Part shown: in pieces, positions 27,101 to 42,825 of the stretch
How positions within the stretch are numbered: position 1 is the stretch's first letter
Layout of the letters: every line of letters starts with the position of its first letter
Assembly: GCA_900088475.1 (NCBI GenBank)
Contig: FLMG01001693.1
Span: 1 to 63,745 of the forward strand
DNA from: Hyphochytrium catenoides
Lineage: Eukaryota; Protista; Hyphochytriomycota
Direction: 5' to 3'
DNA length: 63,745 nucleotides
The notes under the pieces: model-generated
Told to the model about the DNA's origin: nothing
What the model saw: the letters and a program-made list of their open reading frames with translations, nothing else
Databases searched by the model: none
Made by a program: the position numbers and the translations under genes

Positions 27101-30100
27101 ATTCTATTGAATTCGTCCAAACAGGCCCAGCTGCCCGCCTGGGCCAGACCACGGAAGAGCTTTCCCATCATCTTATAATCAATCTGGTCTGAGCAGTTGA
27201 AGACGACACACTGGATCGCTAGAGCTTTAGCCAGATCTTTGCTGCTTTCTGTCTTTCCAGTTCCGGCAGGGCCAGATGGTGCTGCCCCCAGTTTAAGTGC
27301 AAGAGAAGAGGATAGCGTGAGCCAGCAGCGGTCTGTTAGCGGGGTAATCACCAGGCGAGAAGTTGCGCCGTAATATTCGTAGCCGTATGGGCAGGTCTGT
27401 TGTGTATATAAGAGAGCGTCAGAGATCTGTCGAGAGTGTGCCCTTCTTCAGCTCTAATAGACCGCGATGATAGGGAGAAGAAGAGCTAAGACAGAATGAT
27501 GAGAGATTTGAGCAGTACCAAGAGGAGGTTGTCGGGGGCGGTGTCAAGTAGGACATAAGAAAGGCGAAGGAGAGGCGTAGAGTGAAACGAGAGAGAGGAA
27601 GAAAGAAGAAGAAGAAGACCACACCGAGTCTGAGTGCCGGATTTGCACGTCATCGCTTTCCATGTTCCAATAGTAGCGCAGCTGCTGCTGCCACGCGAAG
27701 GAGCCTAACGAAGTCACCTCATCTTCGACCAGCATGCTGACTGAAGGAGAATAGAAACAAGATGCCGCGGTGAGCGAGAACGTACTGCACATACTCCAAA
27801 CTTATCAAGGAATATGCAAAGGAGAAGGGAGAGAGAACCCACAACGCGATGAGGGCCCTACCTATGTCTCTAGCGTGAACATCTGTCGTGACCAGAGCCA
27901 CAATAACCAGTCGCTGCAGCTTTGTCAGCTGGCCTCGAATGAGGACGATCAGCTTGTCCAACTGCAAACAAGAGGTGGCGGGGGAAAGGGGGAAGAAAGA
28001 TGAAGGAATGAGTCAAGCAGTAAACCCAACGAGTTCCAGTCACTCTTCCCTGCATCTCTTCCCTGCGTCAGCGCGCTCACCCCATTCTTTACTTCTTTGA
28101 GTGTACGGCATCTCAGGCTTTGCGCCTTGACAGTAAGGATCGAATCCGCTTTACCCCTGTCCAGCAGCCTTCTTCTCCCAATCTCTCCCTACTATGTCTT
28201 TCCTCTCCCCATCCGAGCTCCTTTTTTCAAGTTACTGAGTCGAAGTGGTGATCTCATTTCCCTCTTCTTTCTCTTCCTCGGTTGCAGAGGTCTATGCTGC
28301 TCACCTCAGCCACGTTGACCTGGTACCAGGCCTTCATTTCTGTCACTGGATCCGCCGCCCTTAGGCACTTTTCGGTCCCCCGAGCCCACGTAATCTGCGC
28401 CACAGTAGCGACCACCTGGGCGGGATGCTCCAAAATCCACTCCGAGCGTGGGCGCGCATCGTAGTCAAGCAATCCAGCCTTCATCAGCTTGTGCAGGCTA
28501 CTTTTCATGTTTAGTTCCAGAGCCTTGAGCCAGTCCTCGACACTTCCTCTTGCCTTAAGATTCTTGCCCAGCGGAACTCTCTCACCCTCGGCGGAGAACA
28601 TTGCCAACATATCTAAGCTACCTCCAACAGCGTCTCCAAAGTCAATCTTCACAAGATTCTCAAAGCATTTCCGCAAGTGTGGCTGTACAGCCTGTGGATT
28701 CTTTGACTGCGCCAAAATCTCTAAAAGCTCATCATTTGATAGAAAGTAAAATCTGGGAAAGCTCTGCCTCTTCGTTTCCAGATAATCTTCAAGAGACTTT
28801 TGAATCTTATCGAGATTTGCATTGTGATTCTGAAACTGATCCTTCAGTCCCGGATGAGTGCAGGCAGGGAGAGCGAGAGGATTGTCATGGGTTCTCATCA
28901 TGATTGCCTTCCAGGAGACATCGACCTTAGCAAAGAGCTTAGCCTCCTCTGGCAGTTGTCTCTGTATGTCTGGAGCAGAAAAGATTGTCTCCAAGTACAT
29001 CCAGCTTCTCTGGACAGCGAGCCACTCGTCCAGCGTCTCCTGGAAGAGAACCAATTTCCCTCTCCAGCTTTCCACCTGCTCCTTTATAGGGCCAACAAAG
29101 CGCGATGCTAAGATTGTATTGATAGAGACAAGTGAGTCGTCCAGAGAGGCAATAATCTCTTCCATCGAGCCCAATATAAAGACTTCTTTGCTCTCTTTGT
29201 ACGGTTTCACTTCAAACTCTTTCTCTACCCAGTTCTTCCTCACTTTCTCCAGCATCTCCTCTAGCACAGCCTCCTGTTGAGAGGCGACCGCGATGGCGCT
29301 AATCTCTGACGCTTGATCCATGACGCGCATCTCTATCAACTTCCCAAGTGTAAAGCTTTCCACACCCTGATGAAGAAGAAAGGGAAGAAGAAAGGGAATG
29401 TAGAAGAAGACCAGCAGTGAGACAAGTTAGAAGAGGACTGTTCAAAAGATAATGCGGGTTAAGGTAGAGCTACCTCGATGTACGTCGCTGAAGTCTCTAA
29501 GGCAGTGAGCAGACAAAGACACAAAAGGAGAGGTAGGAAGAAATGAGAGAGACAGAGACCGCGTTCTAGCTGTCTACCTTCACTTGGAAGCCCAGGAGGG
29601 CATGAATAGCATCCCAATGTCTATCCTTTAAAGCCTTATTTCTCATGTCCTGCACCACAGGCAGGGCCAAGCGGAACTCTTCCACTCTGTCTCGCAGCAG
29701 GGCGGCGCTTTGGCAGTGAGGAAGACTCTTTGACGCTTGGAAGGCAACCTTCCCGAAAAGCTGAACCTGCTTTGCAATCTCTTCAGCGTCTATATCGGAG
29801 AGACGGGTTCCCATCCATGATGAAGAGAGAGAACCCCAGGCATCGAGGCTATCCCACAGCTTTAGCTTGAGGGATAGATCGCTCTCAACCGAGAGAATGT
29901 CTTCCCATTCCGTCACTTCTCTCTTCAGCGCTCTCTGATAGTCATTGAGCTTTGATGCCTGCTCCTTTAGGCCTGCCAGGTGCTTCTGCTGCGTCCCTAA
30001 GTACTTCAACACCTCATGAATAGGAGAGAGAGAGGAAGATATCATCGGATGATCAAGTTGCTCTCGCAACTGCTGCACCTTCTTGTTAAGAAGAGGAATA

Positions 30101-33100
30101 GAGTCGACGATCTCTTGCGCCCATCTTCTGGCCTCTTCCTCAGCCTCTCCGTCGAACTTCACCAAACAGGTGTCCATCGTACTCACTCCTTCTCTCATGA
30201 GGATAAGCTGCTCCCTTTGCTCGTGAGGGACAGACCAGCCCTCTTCCTCCAGCAAAGTGCACAACTCTACAAAGGCTTGGATTTTCTCTCGAAGAACAGG
30301 CAGTTGGGCTTCTGCTCTTGCCATCACCGCGACCTTTTCCACAAAGGCCTCCAAAGAGGATGGCGCCGAGGCCGCAATCGGATTCACCTCGTTCATAATC
30401 TCCAGCAGCGAAGACGCTGTCTTCCCCATGTTCTTGGGGATAGATGCCTGGATGGCAGAGAGCACGCCCTTCGGAGAGGGCAGTATGGTTTCTCTGAACT
30501 TTGTGCTATCCACCCGGAAGACGCCAATGTCCGCTATCTGTGGAATATTATCAAACATTTCTGCTTGCTCCTTGTACTCAGCGATCGCCTCCCGGTAGGT
30601 ACGGATAGAAACATCAAGAGGAAAGAGAGAGTCCATATCTCTTATCTTTCTCTTGTTTTCTTGATAAAGAGACATGTACTCGTCGAAAACGGACGTGTAG
30701 CTCCTGGCAGCTGAGAACTCCATAGAGATTTGATAAAGAAGATCGGCAGTCACCTTAACATATCTCTCGTTCTCTCTTACGAGCGAGAGGACGCTCTTAG
30801 CCTGGTCCATGGGGTCTCCCTCTTCTATGTTTCCGTTAGCATAAGGCATGCCTTTCTTCTTTGTCTCTCCCGAAGAGAGTGAGACAGTCTCATTATAAAC
30901 CTGCAAGCTTTCCATCTCTCTTACCCTTTGATGTGTCGAGAGAACAGAGGTAGCGAAGTCCACAACGTCCGTAAAGTGCCGGGAGAACTCTTCTGGGGTA
31001 GGGATGAGAAGCAGAGAATCCCTTTCATCATCGTACTCGACCTCCAGCAGAAAGAGAGGGCGCCCATCCTGGGTGCTCTTGGTGTGGAGCCCAGCAGCAA
31101 TGGCGAGAGATGACGGCCCGAGAGAAGATTGAGAGGCTCTTCTCTTGTTCACATTAACCGTGAGAGAGCGAATGTGGTTTACCGCCTCAGAGATAGAGTC
31201 GATCGACATATCGAGGAGAGAAGAGAGGATCATTTCCTCTACCAGCGTCATAAAGTTGGCGATAAAGGCACATTCTCTCCTAAGAGACGCTTTCTCCATA
31301 AATGTCATCTTCAACTCCGGATTAATCTTATTCTCCTGAAGGAAGGTATCAAAAGCTCTGTCACAGGCAGCGGAGACCAATCTCTCTATCTTCAGAAAAA
31401 AGGAGACTAGGCTCTCCACCACTTTCTCTCGCTGAAGAGATTGGGTGCTCATGAACTCCGGGAGAGTGAGGATCTTCCCCGCGTTGAATGTGGTCAGTCT
31501 CAGCGCCGAGACCTAACCGTCCAGAGTTGCAACACAAAGGCAAAAGATGAGGGTTAAAGGAAATGATGAAAAGAGAGGAAGAGAACTGAAGACGCCAGAT
31601 CAAAGGGGGGGAAGGAGGATGAAAAGACTTTCTGGGAAACTGATGAGGAAAACGTCCAGAAGGAGAAGGAAGAGGAGAGTTTAGGATGACAACAGCTCTA
31701 CGATATCCAACGTCCTCTAAAAATGTCAGAGCTGAGAAGAAAGAGGTTATCGGAATAGAGCGATATGAAGACGCGATAATGGAGATAAAGATGCGAGACA
31801 CCAGACCCTATAAGCGACAGCTCAGAGCATGAAAGACGAAAGTGAGGATGACACTCATACCTCAACACACATGCTTCTAATGGTTAGGAGAGGAGCCTGA
31901 AGGATGGGGTTGAGAATAAAGAGGTGATTTCGTAGATGGTTCTTGGCCTTGCTGGTCTTAGAACTCCGAATGCTGGCTCTCCACTGCATGAAAGACTTGG
32001 TGATCATATATTTCTTGAAGAATGGGATCTGTGTGAGAGGACGTTGTTAATTTTTAACCTTGCTACTCATAATCGGGAATGGAAAAGAAGCCTGACATGA
32101 AGGCGAGGTCAAAGCCTGACATGAAGGCGAGGTCAATTCACGCAAACCATAAGCAAGAATAGAGGCAAAATGAAGAGGGGCATCCCAAAGAAGGAAAGGA
32201 CGACAGAACGACCGCCCCTGGGTCAGAACGGAGAAGAGGAAGAGAGAGAAAGAGAAATAAGAAGGGAAAAGTGAAAGACACGCAGAGTGTAGCAAAGTGA
32301 GAAAAGGAGAGCACCAACAAGCCTATACCAACCTTCATCAGTCTCTTAAACAGCGTAAACTCTCTTTCCCATCGTCCTAGCGGTGTATAGTCGCTGGATC
32401 CACCAGTAAAATGAGTAACTCCGCGCTTACTGAAGGTAAAGTAGTTGGCAGGATCGATCTAATGGCGCACACGTGAAGAGAGACGATAATAGTTAACCCA
32501 GGCGGGAAGGGAAAGAGGAGCGACAAGCCTAAAAGGTAATGGGACCGACCACTAGCGTGACCGATAGAAAGGCAACGGAAAGAGGCCAAGGGATATGAGT
32601 GCGTGATGAGGTGAGGGTCAGAATAAATGAGGAGAAAGGCTATGAGGGCACCACAAGCACTGCTGATTAGACACGAAGCGAGCAAGCAGGACATGATTGC
32701 TCGGCACGCGGAAAGTAAAATCTTTAGACTAAGGCGATGTTCTCTCTTTGGACTAGCACCACTCCTCTGCCGCCTCCTGTCATTACCTGGTCATGGGTTG
32801 TGAGTTCAACCTGGAAAATGGTAGCCTTGGGCTCACGTACTGGCTTCAGATAGTAAAACGTCCCCTCATCCATCTTAGATACCAACCGCTCATCCATGCC
32901 CAAGTATTGTATGAAGGAGTTTGCTTCTTCAAATGTGATTCTCTTGCTTCCAGGCGCTAATTAAGCGGAAGAGTAAGTATAGGAGGTCAAAGGACATAGC
33001 CCGAGCTACGCCGGGTATAGAGCTTTAAAAAAAAAAGGCTGTGCATAAGAGCACGGACCCTTGGTGGACGATTACGCACAAATGGATGAGGGCGAACAGG

Positions 33101-33712
33101 GAAAGCCAGCGACCGTTCTCGCTCAAAGACTGTTACCCTTACCTCTGACATCAGGACAACTACTACCGCCCTGCTGCTGAGGAAAGTGGGAAGGTGGTGG
33201 ATTCCTGCTAGCGGATTCGCCAGATACTCCGTTGCCCGCCGGCCTTTCCGACTGAGCCAATGGTGGAAATATAGTATTGACAGGAAGGCGAGAGATTGGT
33301 CAGGACCAAGATCGGCAGAGGCGATTCACTAACGGTTAAATCCATGCAAAGCGATAACGCAAAACAAAGCTAGACGAGAGGAAAAGGAAATAGCATATAA
33401 AGACATAGTAAATACTAGGAATTATTGAGTTGATTGAAGCAGAGCATCCTCAACCTCCTGCTGTCCGCCATTGTTGACCCTAGAGGGCTTCTTGTTGCCA
33501 GAGGCAGGAGAACTTTTATCCTTGTTGCTAATGCCCTGGAAGACAGCGCCCCTCTTATTTGTAAGAAGATGCTCCTGCTGACTCGTTTCCTTGTTCCCGC
33601 TAGCTAAACTCTTGGTGGCGCCATCAGCGCGAGGCTTGACTCGTTCAGGAGGCCTTGATAGCGTTTGCCGGTACAACCGCTCCTCGAGATCTGAAGGCCC
33701 TGAAGGGTCCAT
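12148..33712 (-). CDS. Axonemal dynein heavy chain, single-headed inner-arm type (DNAH6-like), ~36 exons
   Basis: The P-loops are GPAGTGKT (AAA1), GAAGSGKS (AAA2), GGTGTGKT (AAA3) and GVGGSGRQ (AAA4). Other motifs include [39 protein letters not shown] and INYGGRVTD. The C-terminus CPVYKT...[11 protein letters not shown]...AALLC is typical of monomeric inner-arm chains. The N-terminal [12 protein letters not shown]...WEREF...KSFMQWR tail is of the DNAH6 type. I traced the exon phases through the whole gene; the first two exons are least certain. Confidence 0.95.
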
Positions 33713-34964
33713 CTTTCCCACTAAGTACGAAATCTAACAACGTGCTCAAAGCTCTTCTTCTTATAAAGCTCCTTGTTGATGGTGTGGGGTCCACAAGCTT
33801 CAATCTCGACAGCCCTAGCCGGAAGCGTTGGTTGTCGGAGAAAAGGTTTGAGCCATTTCTAGTTGCTTCCTATTACCAGCAGCGATGCCTTACAGCGTAA
33901 GAGCGCTGACGTACGTCGAGCTTATCATTACTGCGATAGTCTCCAGGAGAGCATGAGGACAGCAGTGGGGTTACCTACAGCATTACGTATACCTACTACT
34001 TCGTGTTTCTCTCCCGCTCTCTGAATGACACTGGTCAGAGGGTGGCACTATTGACGATGCAAACAAAGCCCTGACCCTCCTTACTGACCACTTCCTCTGT
34101 CAATATCTTCCTCCTGCTGCTTCAATGCCACGCACACCATAGGCTGCAAGACTAGGCTCAGACCCCAGTCAGACCCTCTTCTGCTATCATGGTCGCTTCC
34201 AGCATAGAACTTGGTTGGCCTCAAGGCGAAGCGGCACAGACGGCGCAACCAAGCGGCAGCAGCAGCGAGGGCACTCTGGGGGCCAAGCAGAGGATCGTTT
34301 CCCCAATAATTTCTTAGCAGGAAGACTGAAACGGCACCACTAGACGCTAACGACCAGTATGGAGGTTATTTTTGCCAGAGAAACCCTGATTATCGATTAC
34401 AGTAAGTGATCAAGATCGCTGGATTAGTTATCAGAGGTTTCACAGAGATTTGGCGGGAAGGGCGAGACTAAAGGTTTGAGAGGTTTAGACCGAGCTCTTC
34501 TACTCGTACAGTCGTACTCGTACAATTATGAGCCTTTTTGAGTGTTCTCGACGGAGCTTGACCGATGACAGGAGGGAGGGCCTCTCGGATGCGCATACAT
34601 CCAGAAGAGGCCCTATAGAGGCGTCTTGTCTTCCTTCCCTTCAAGTAGCTCTAGAGGTTGAATGGTTTATAGGTGTGGTGCGAGTTATATGGTCAAGCCA
34701 CAGATTGATGGTGTTCATCGTGGGGGCTAGCTGATGTCGATCGAGAGAGTCTTGAAGAGAGAGAGCTTTAAATATACTCCTCCAAATAGCTCAGATGGAC
34801 AACGCTCGAATCTCAGCGCGGACTGGGAGTTATAGTCATGTTCCCTAGTACTTGACAGTACATCAGGCACGGCTTGTAGATTCTACTAGGACTGAGCGGA
34901 GCCATTTTACTGCGATACCGTGTGGGCTCCCTTTTTCTGATTTGAAGGGCTGGATTTAGTAACA

Positions 34965-37283
<2,319 letters not shown>

Positions 37284-37966
37284 AAGCTATGGCACCTCTC
37301 CACTGCCAAGGCGACAACAGGAAGATGGGCCCTTCCCCTTCATGTCTGATGAGCTATGTAGGGGATGTCTCTTCGGCGCCTGGAAGTCACGACAACCAGC
37401 ACCAGAGCAAATCTGTGCTGCCCCCATTTTGCAAGAAGCACACCTTCTTCCGGCATACCGGGGGATGTATAGAGTTATGTGTTGTTCGACGGTAACTAAT
37501 ACGAAAGCACTAGAAGTCTATAAAAAGCTCAAGCAGGACGGCGATGGTGGAGTCTTCATCATCTCCTGCAGACAAATGGACGAGCTGTCAACAGTTATTC
37601 TGGAGCAAGTACAAATACGACTTCATCATTCCTGTAGTCCTCAGAATACTTATGAACCGTCACAGTCTAAGTCAAAATACTTATAAAAACTGCAATTCAA
37701 GTATTAGCGTACTTGTAAGTGGAGGTTGGAGTCGCATCCTTTCGTCGTTCATCACAAGCAGATCGCAACAATCTCCTTGGCTCTTCCATGCAAATGAAGC
37801 CTCTCCATGGACTCGCGGTGTTGACAAACTCACCCAGCAATTCGTTAACTCAGCCACAGATCACATCTTTATCCCTCGGTGAAGCTTTGCGAGAGCCAGG
37901 TGCGAGTGCGTGCTAGTGAGTAGGATCCGTCCTTTGCATTGGGCCAGGTTTATATACCTATTGAGG

Positions 37967-39400
37967 ATGGAGTCATCTCAGAATATGACAGCAAACCTCA
38001 GCCCTCCTGCTGCTGCCGGAGAAGAGGCTAAGAAGGAGAAGAAGAAAAATCTCTTTGGAGTCATTTCAAGCACCGTAAAAAATGCAAAAGATAAACACTT
38101 GGGCCACGGCACGCAGAGTGGAGCTTACAACAAGATGGAAGATACGCCATCGGGACCGACGAGTCCACCTGCAGCTTCGGAAAACCAGTCAATCAAGCCT
38201 CCTCAGCAGCATGTGGATCCCGCTATCATAGAAGCCAAGAGAACAGAACTGCGTGCAGCACGCTTGGAGGAGATTGTTTCTTCACGAACAAACATCCTTC
38301 GTTACTTACGCAAAATAATCAGTGGAAAGTCGAGCTGGGTAAGGCTGCTGACAGTATGACCAACGAAGTGGATAATCCTAACAACAGCGCCCTTCTAAAG
38401 ATGAATATTGCGACGATCAGCCAGAGTGACCTTATCTCTTACGTCGGAGAAGCTCCTCTGAGAACGAGGTACGAGTGGGACTCAGATGTCAGGACTTAAT
38501 CCAACTGTAGCTAAGCTTCACTTCTGGCCCCTACTTAGATCTACAAACTTCTACTACTTGGGGCTAAGCGTGGCAAAGCTGACTAACACGAGGGCGGGGG
38601 TTGCCTTTGTGAAAGCATTTATACAGCTTATTGAGGAGTACGAATACCAGTGCGGTAACCAAGCAGTCCAGGGCATGGTAAAGTGTGATCCCTTATGCAA
38701 AATACCTCCTTGAGAAGCTAAAGTTCTTTTGGTCTTAGAAACTCCTTATGGCCAAACCGTCAGACCTGTACATCAGCAAAAATCAAGTGCAGACACCTGA
38801 AGAAGAGGCTCTCCCTGTCTATGAGCCCATCAAAGGAAGCATCAGAAAATGGAAGAACTCGGTCGTTAACGCATACCTCTTCACTCCCAGCGTCGTAAGT
38901 AGCAACGCTGCTCTTTGAATCGACCAAAAGGACCATACCATTGCCTGACGCACAAATTTTGTGTCTTGCCTCTCTTCAACTACCAGCCCTTCGCCCTAGA
39001 TTACTTCCAGGTCCTCACCTCTTTGCTAGAGGTTTTGAATTCCACCTATGTTGCGCTGTTGGAAGAGTCGTGTGCAACGGATTCACACGTTTTTGATGCT
39101 GTAACACGGATTGACAACTGGATAACGGTACAGCCCACCTCTCACTCTTCTGGGCGTTTGGAATCATAACTTTTCTGTCCTGTTCTTAGATTACCATGAC
39201 TTCATTAGCATGTGGCATGCTCTACCTTTCACTCTATGCTACGACTTGCTTTCTTACATCTTTTTGGGAGCCATCTAACATGTCACGAGCAGGCAAACAT
39301 TATCGATGTCATATCCCAAGAGTTCAGTGAACTTACCTCAGGAAAGGCGCTTCACTTGCTAGAAGGGATGCTACCTCAGCTCTCTCTCCATCTGACGTGA
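37967..39400 (+). CDS. Conserved hypothetical protein, 6 exons
   Basis: Six phase-compatible exons give a globular-looking protein (LRYLRKIISGKSSWMNI; NFYYLGLSV; LIEEYEY; YLFTPSVPFALDYFQVLTSLLEVL). The motif order recalls an uncharacterised family seen in fungi and protists (from memory, unverified). Confidence 0.75.
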
Positions 39401-40357
39401 TGCTCATACATTCAAACCAAAACGGTACTCAACCCCTAGAAACCCTAACAGCTATAAGAGAATCGCTCCCATGTCAAGTTCCCGTCCTTAGGGTATGTGA
39501 GGGACTTGTTCCGCACAGTTGAGGCATGGGCAGTTCCTAGGTTTAACTCAAGTCTGGCCCTAGGTAGGGGAAAGACAACTCCCATCATCTATGACTCTAA
39601 CGAAGAGGTCAGGCTTAGTAGTATAATTGTTAAGATCCCTAAATAAGCGAGACGTCCAATTGGCCTGGCTATCCAGAGCTTTGTCAGGAATCTCTTTTGC
39701 TGTGTTGGACAGTGCCCTCGTCCTGAAAGGTCATGCAATGCCGACTTTCTGGGCATCATGGCTGGATGCCAGGACAGAGAGTTTATACACATGGGTCGGA
39801 TGCTGAAGCCATGGACGACAGCTCAGCTCTCTTCCCAAGGTAACGGTCTTAGGGACCCTCGAATGGAAAGGCCGTGTTAGCAATCCAAGGTATCCACAGT
39901 CTTCTCTCTTCAAGCACAATTCATTGCCTAACCGGGAACTCCTAGCGTGGCAAATTCGTGTCGAGGATGCCAGAAACTCCACATATCACTTGTTCGAAGT
40001 TTGAAGTATATGTCTTGACGTTTCTGAAGCTTAGGAGAATGCCTGAAGACAGCGACTTCCTGATGACGGCTTCACTCATTAGTGTCACGAGATCAATAAA
40101 GAACCAATCGTGTCTGATAACTGGATCCTTTTTGTAACGCCCTTATCTTTTGGATCTTCACTTGGTGCTCTGTTATTATGTCCACTCTCGGCATCTTGGA
40201 AGGCCATCGTCAGTCAGAATGCCACTTTCAATCTTGCAGGTCCAGGGTTTACAACGTAGATGTCGTTGAGAGCAGGCATATTGAGTCCAAGGACTAATGA
40301 CAAGCCTTCATCTTATACGTGAACTTCTAAGATAAGCGCTGTCCCTCAGTCAGCGTG

Positions 40358-41408
40358 ATGAAGTTCATTGTGCTGGGCTTGCTGACGGCAGCTAGCTGCT
40401 GGTTGGCTCTTGGTGAAGCATTGTCATGGCAATATCACTTCCCGAAAGCCTACAAGCGGCGATTACCCTTATGCCATAATCCGGAGAAGCAGCAGCTTAT
40501 TGAGCTCTACAATTCCAGCAGTGGCACCCTTTGGAAGAGAAGCTGGCCTCTGTCAACTGATCCATGTCGGGACCGGGTAAGCAACAAATAAGTGAACAGT
40601 TTCAGTGACCATGACGCTACTCTCTAACATCGGCATGCCGTAGTGGTACGGTATTCAGTGCGATACGGATGGGCATGTTATTGCCATGTAAGGCTGAAGG
40701 ATTGCCTCTTCCTATGGGTACTCTCTGACTCATCAACTGTTATCTTAGAACCCTTCCTCAAAATGGCTTGACCGGAAAGTTCCCCGTCATGTTTGGCTCC
40801 AAATTTGTCCGACTACGTAAACTGTAAGAGTTGCGTTGTTACTTGTGCTCTCTCTAGCCCACTGTAAGCTAACGCCTCAGAGCTCTGGTAGCGATGTTAG
40901 CGGCAACTATCTTACGGGAGAGTTCCCACTTCCTCTAGCGGCGAGCTCGAGCCTCACAATCCTGTAAGTCTACACAGCCCATGTCATTTTGCGATCTAGT
41001 GCTCTTTAACCTTAAAACCGTAGGAGAGTTCAGCAAAACTATCTCACAGGTCACTTTCCTCAAGGGTTTGTTAAGATCAAAGAGCTGTAAGTGATAATTT
41101 GACGTTGACAGTGGTGCTCTATAGGAATTCTAAGCAGCCTATGATCAAAGGAAGGGAAGTCCGTACGATCTCAAAAGAGAGAAAGAACGAGAGGAAAGGG
41201 AGTTCGAGGAGAGAGGGAGAGACAGACGAAGAAAAAGAAGACTTCAGCTTCAACAGGGAGGAGACATGGTTTCCTTATGACCTAAACGCTCTCACGTCCT
41301 AGAGATATTAGCGACAACCATTTCGAGAAGTTGTCGGCAGATGTGCACAGCGTCATCACCTCCGGCGCATTTTATGCAAGCAAACGGTGCTGCCAAGATG
41401 AACTTTAA
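40358..41408 (+). CDS. Small signal-peptide LRR protein (plant-type LRRNT cap + 3-4 LRRs); exons 40358-40576, 40644-40687, 40749-40823, 40892-40963, 41024-41086, 41303-41408
   Basis: Signal peptide MKFIVLGLLTAASCWLALGEA. Cap: LIELYNSSSGTLWKRSW...DPCRDRWYGIQC. LxxNxLTGxFP repeats follow, and the protein ends CCQDEL*. Confidence 0.88.
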
Positions 41409-41539
41409 CAAGACGGACGAAGCGACAGCTCTGTCTTCCATGACACCTCAAAGGCTATGAAGGACAACAGAATTTGTTTTTTACTTGTATGACCTGTACA
41501 ATAAATATTAGGAAGTCAGAGCCCCCACTTACAGGGACG

Positions 41540-42825
41540 CTACGACTCTAGTAGTGAGAGAAGCTGGTTCACCATAACCTCCGTCTGTGCGTCTGTCAGC
41601 CCTTCGGAGTTTAGGATAGCATTGCCGATGAGAATCGTCTGTTTCAATTCTCCAGAATTGACCCAGAATATGCCGTTGGCACCAACTGCAACTTCATAGG
41701 GGACTTTCTGGCCCAGAAGCTGCAAGACGGCGCACTCTGGGTTCATCAACCTGTACAAATACGAAGTCAGCACTCCCTGCACTTCAAGAAGCATCTTACG
41801 AGTTGATCATCACCGTCTGCAAAGCCTAGAATTTGTTCGAAACACCATTCCGCCATACAGAGGACCATAGGTTGACTCTCCCGTCATCCAGTCCTTCTTA
41901 ACCGCACCTTGTGCAGCTGCATAGAGGTGAACAGAGTTGAGAGAAGCTAAACAAGGGATGCAGCTCTTAGGGTTCCTCGTCAACTCACCCATACAACTGA
42001 GCTCTGGGTCCATGTTCTTGTTGGCTACCACGACCCTGGCGTAGACGAGAGCCCCAATCTAAGGGACGAAAGAGGTTGTGTGAGGTTTGGTGCTGCAGAA
42101 GCACTATGTGCAGGAGTGCCAAGTTCTCACCTGAAGATTGGGTCTGTTCCGCTTGGTTGCTCCATCAAACGACAAGACAGGCATAATCGCCGGCGCGCTG
42201 GTGAAAGGAACAGAGGGACAGGTCAGGCCACAATGGCTACGATGCCTCCCCAATTTCTATGTCGACATCCCCTTTCCCAGTTCGTAAAGTTGGTACCTCT
42301 CCCACGCCGTTATCCCTTTTAACTGATGCTAGTGCGATTGTACTTACGATCCAGCGAGGTTAACCTTATAGAAATCTGCATTCTTGTCCTCAATCACGCC
42401 CACCACAGCATCTCCGACCGTAGGGATGTACTACGGTGCCTTTCTTTAGCAAGGAGCAGTCCACAGTCTGACGGAGAGATAAGGAAAGAGATAGCGCCAT
42501 GTACTCACTCTTTTTCTGCTAAACTCTACCCAATAACGATGAGGCGGCCTATAGCGCAACATCCCAGCAGCCGTAGCCATTACTTTCCTATCGTTTTCTT
42601 GGAACAAGCCGGGCCCTACAGAGGATGCTCGTGTTAGTTGTATGAACCTGGCGTGATACATCATCTCACTTTTAATAACTCACCAAGTCGAATCTTCTTG
42701 CTAACGCGAGTAACCTTCTCGGTAACATCATCACCTGGAAGGACAAACACTGGAGAGAAGGAGAGGTCTACATTCTTTTCAGCCATCTTCAAGAAGGCTG
42801 CCGCTTGCTCTTTGGCATCCATCAT
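41540..42825 (-). CDS. RRP40: Exosome complex component RRP40 (EXOSC3)
   Basis: VLPGD, KRYIPTVGDAVVGVI, FDGATKRNRPNLQIGALVYARV, MDPELSC and EVAVGANGIFWV. Introns are short GT-AG. The start is at 42825, 42822 or 42786. Confidence 0.96.

Noticed and set aside
28254-31452. Long antisense ORFs opposite the large dynein exons (e.g. 30016-30714 +)
   Set aside because: Shadow frames of a conserved CDS with no independent coding signal.
32088-32136. 24-bp tandem duplication in a dynein intron (also a short duplication at ~36030-36085 and the 22-mer at 54827)
   Set aside because: Only two adjacent copies with no spacers. These are ordinary slippage duplications, not CRISPR or a structured array.
33900-34900. 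Short open frames between the dynein and GCN5 starts (similar cases at 37290-37900 and 54150-54580)
   Set aside because: No convincing start, splice structure or domain, so I treated them as promoter or UTR sequence.
39431-39450. Telomere/telo-box-like AACCCCTAGAAACCCTAA
   Set aside because: Only two degenerate units, located 3' of a gene. This is insufficient evidence for an interstitial telomere or a promoter element.
39480-40320. Short minus-strand ORFs between the unknown gene and the LRR gene
   Set aside because: No recognisable motif and no consistent splice chain. It could be a decayed relic but I cannot support that.
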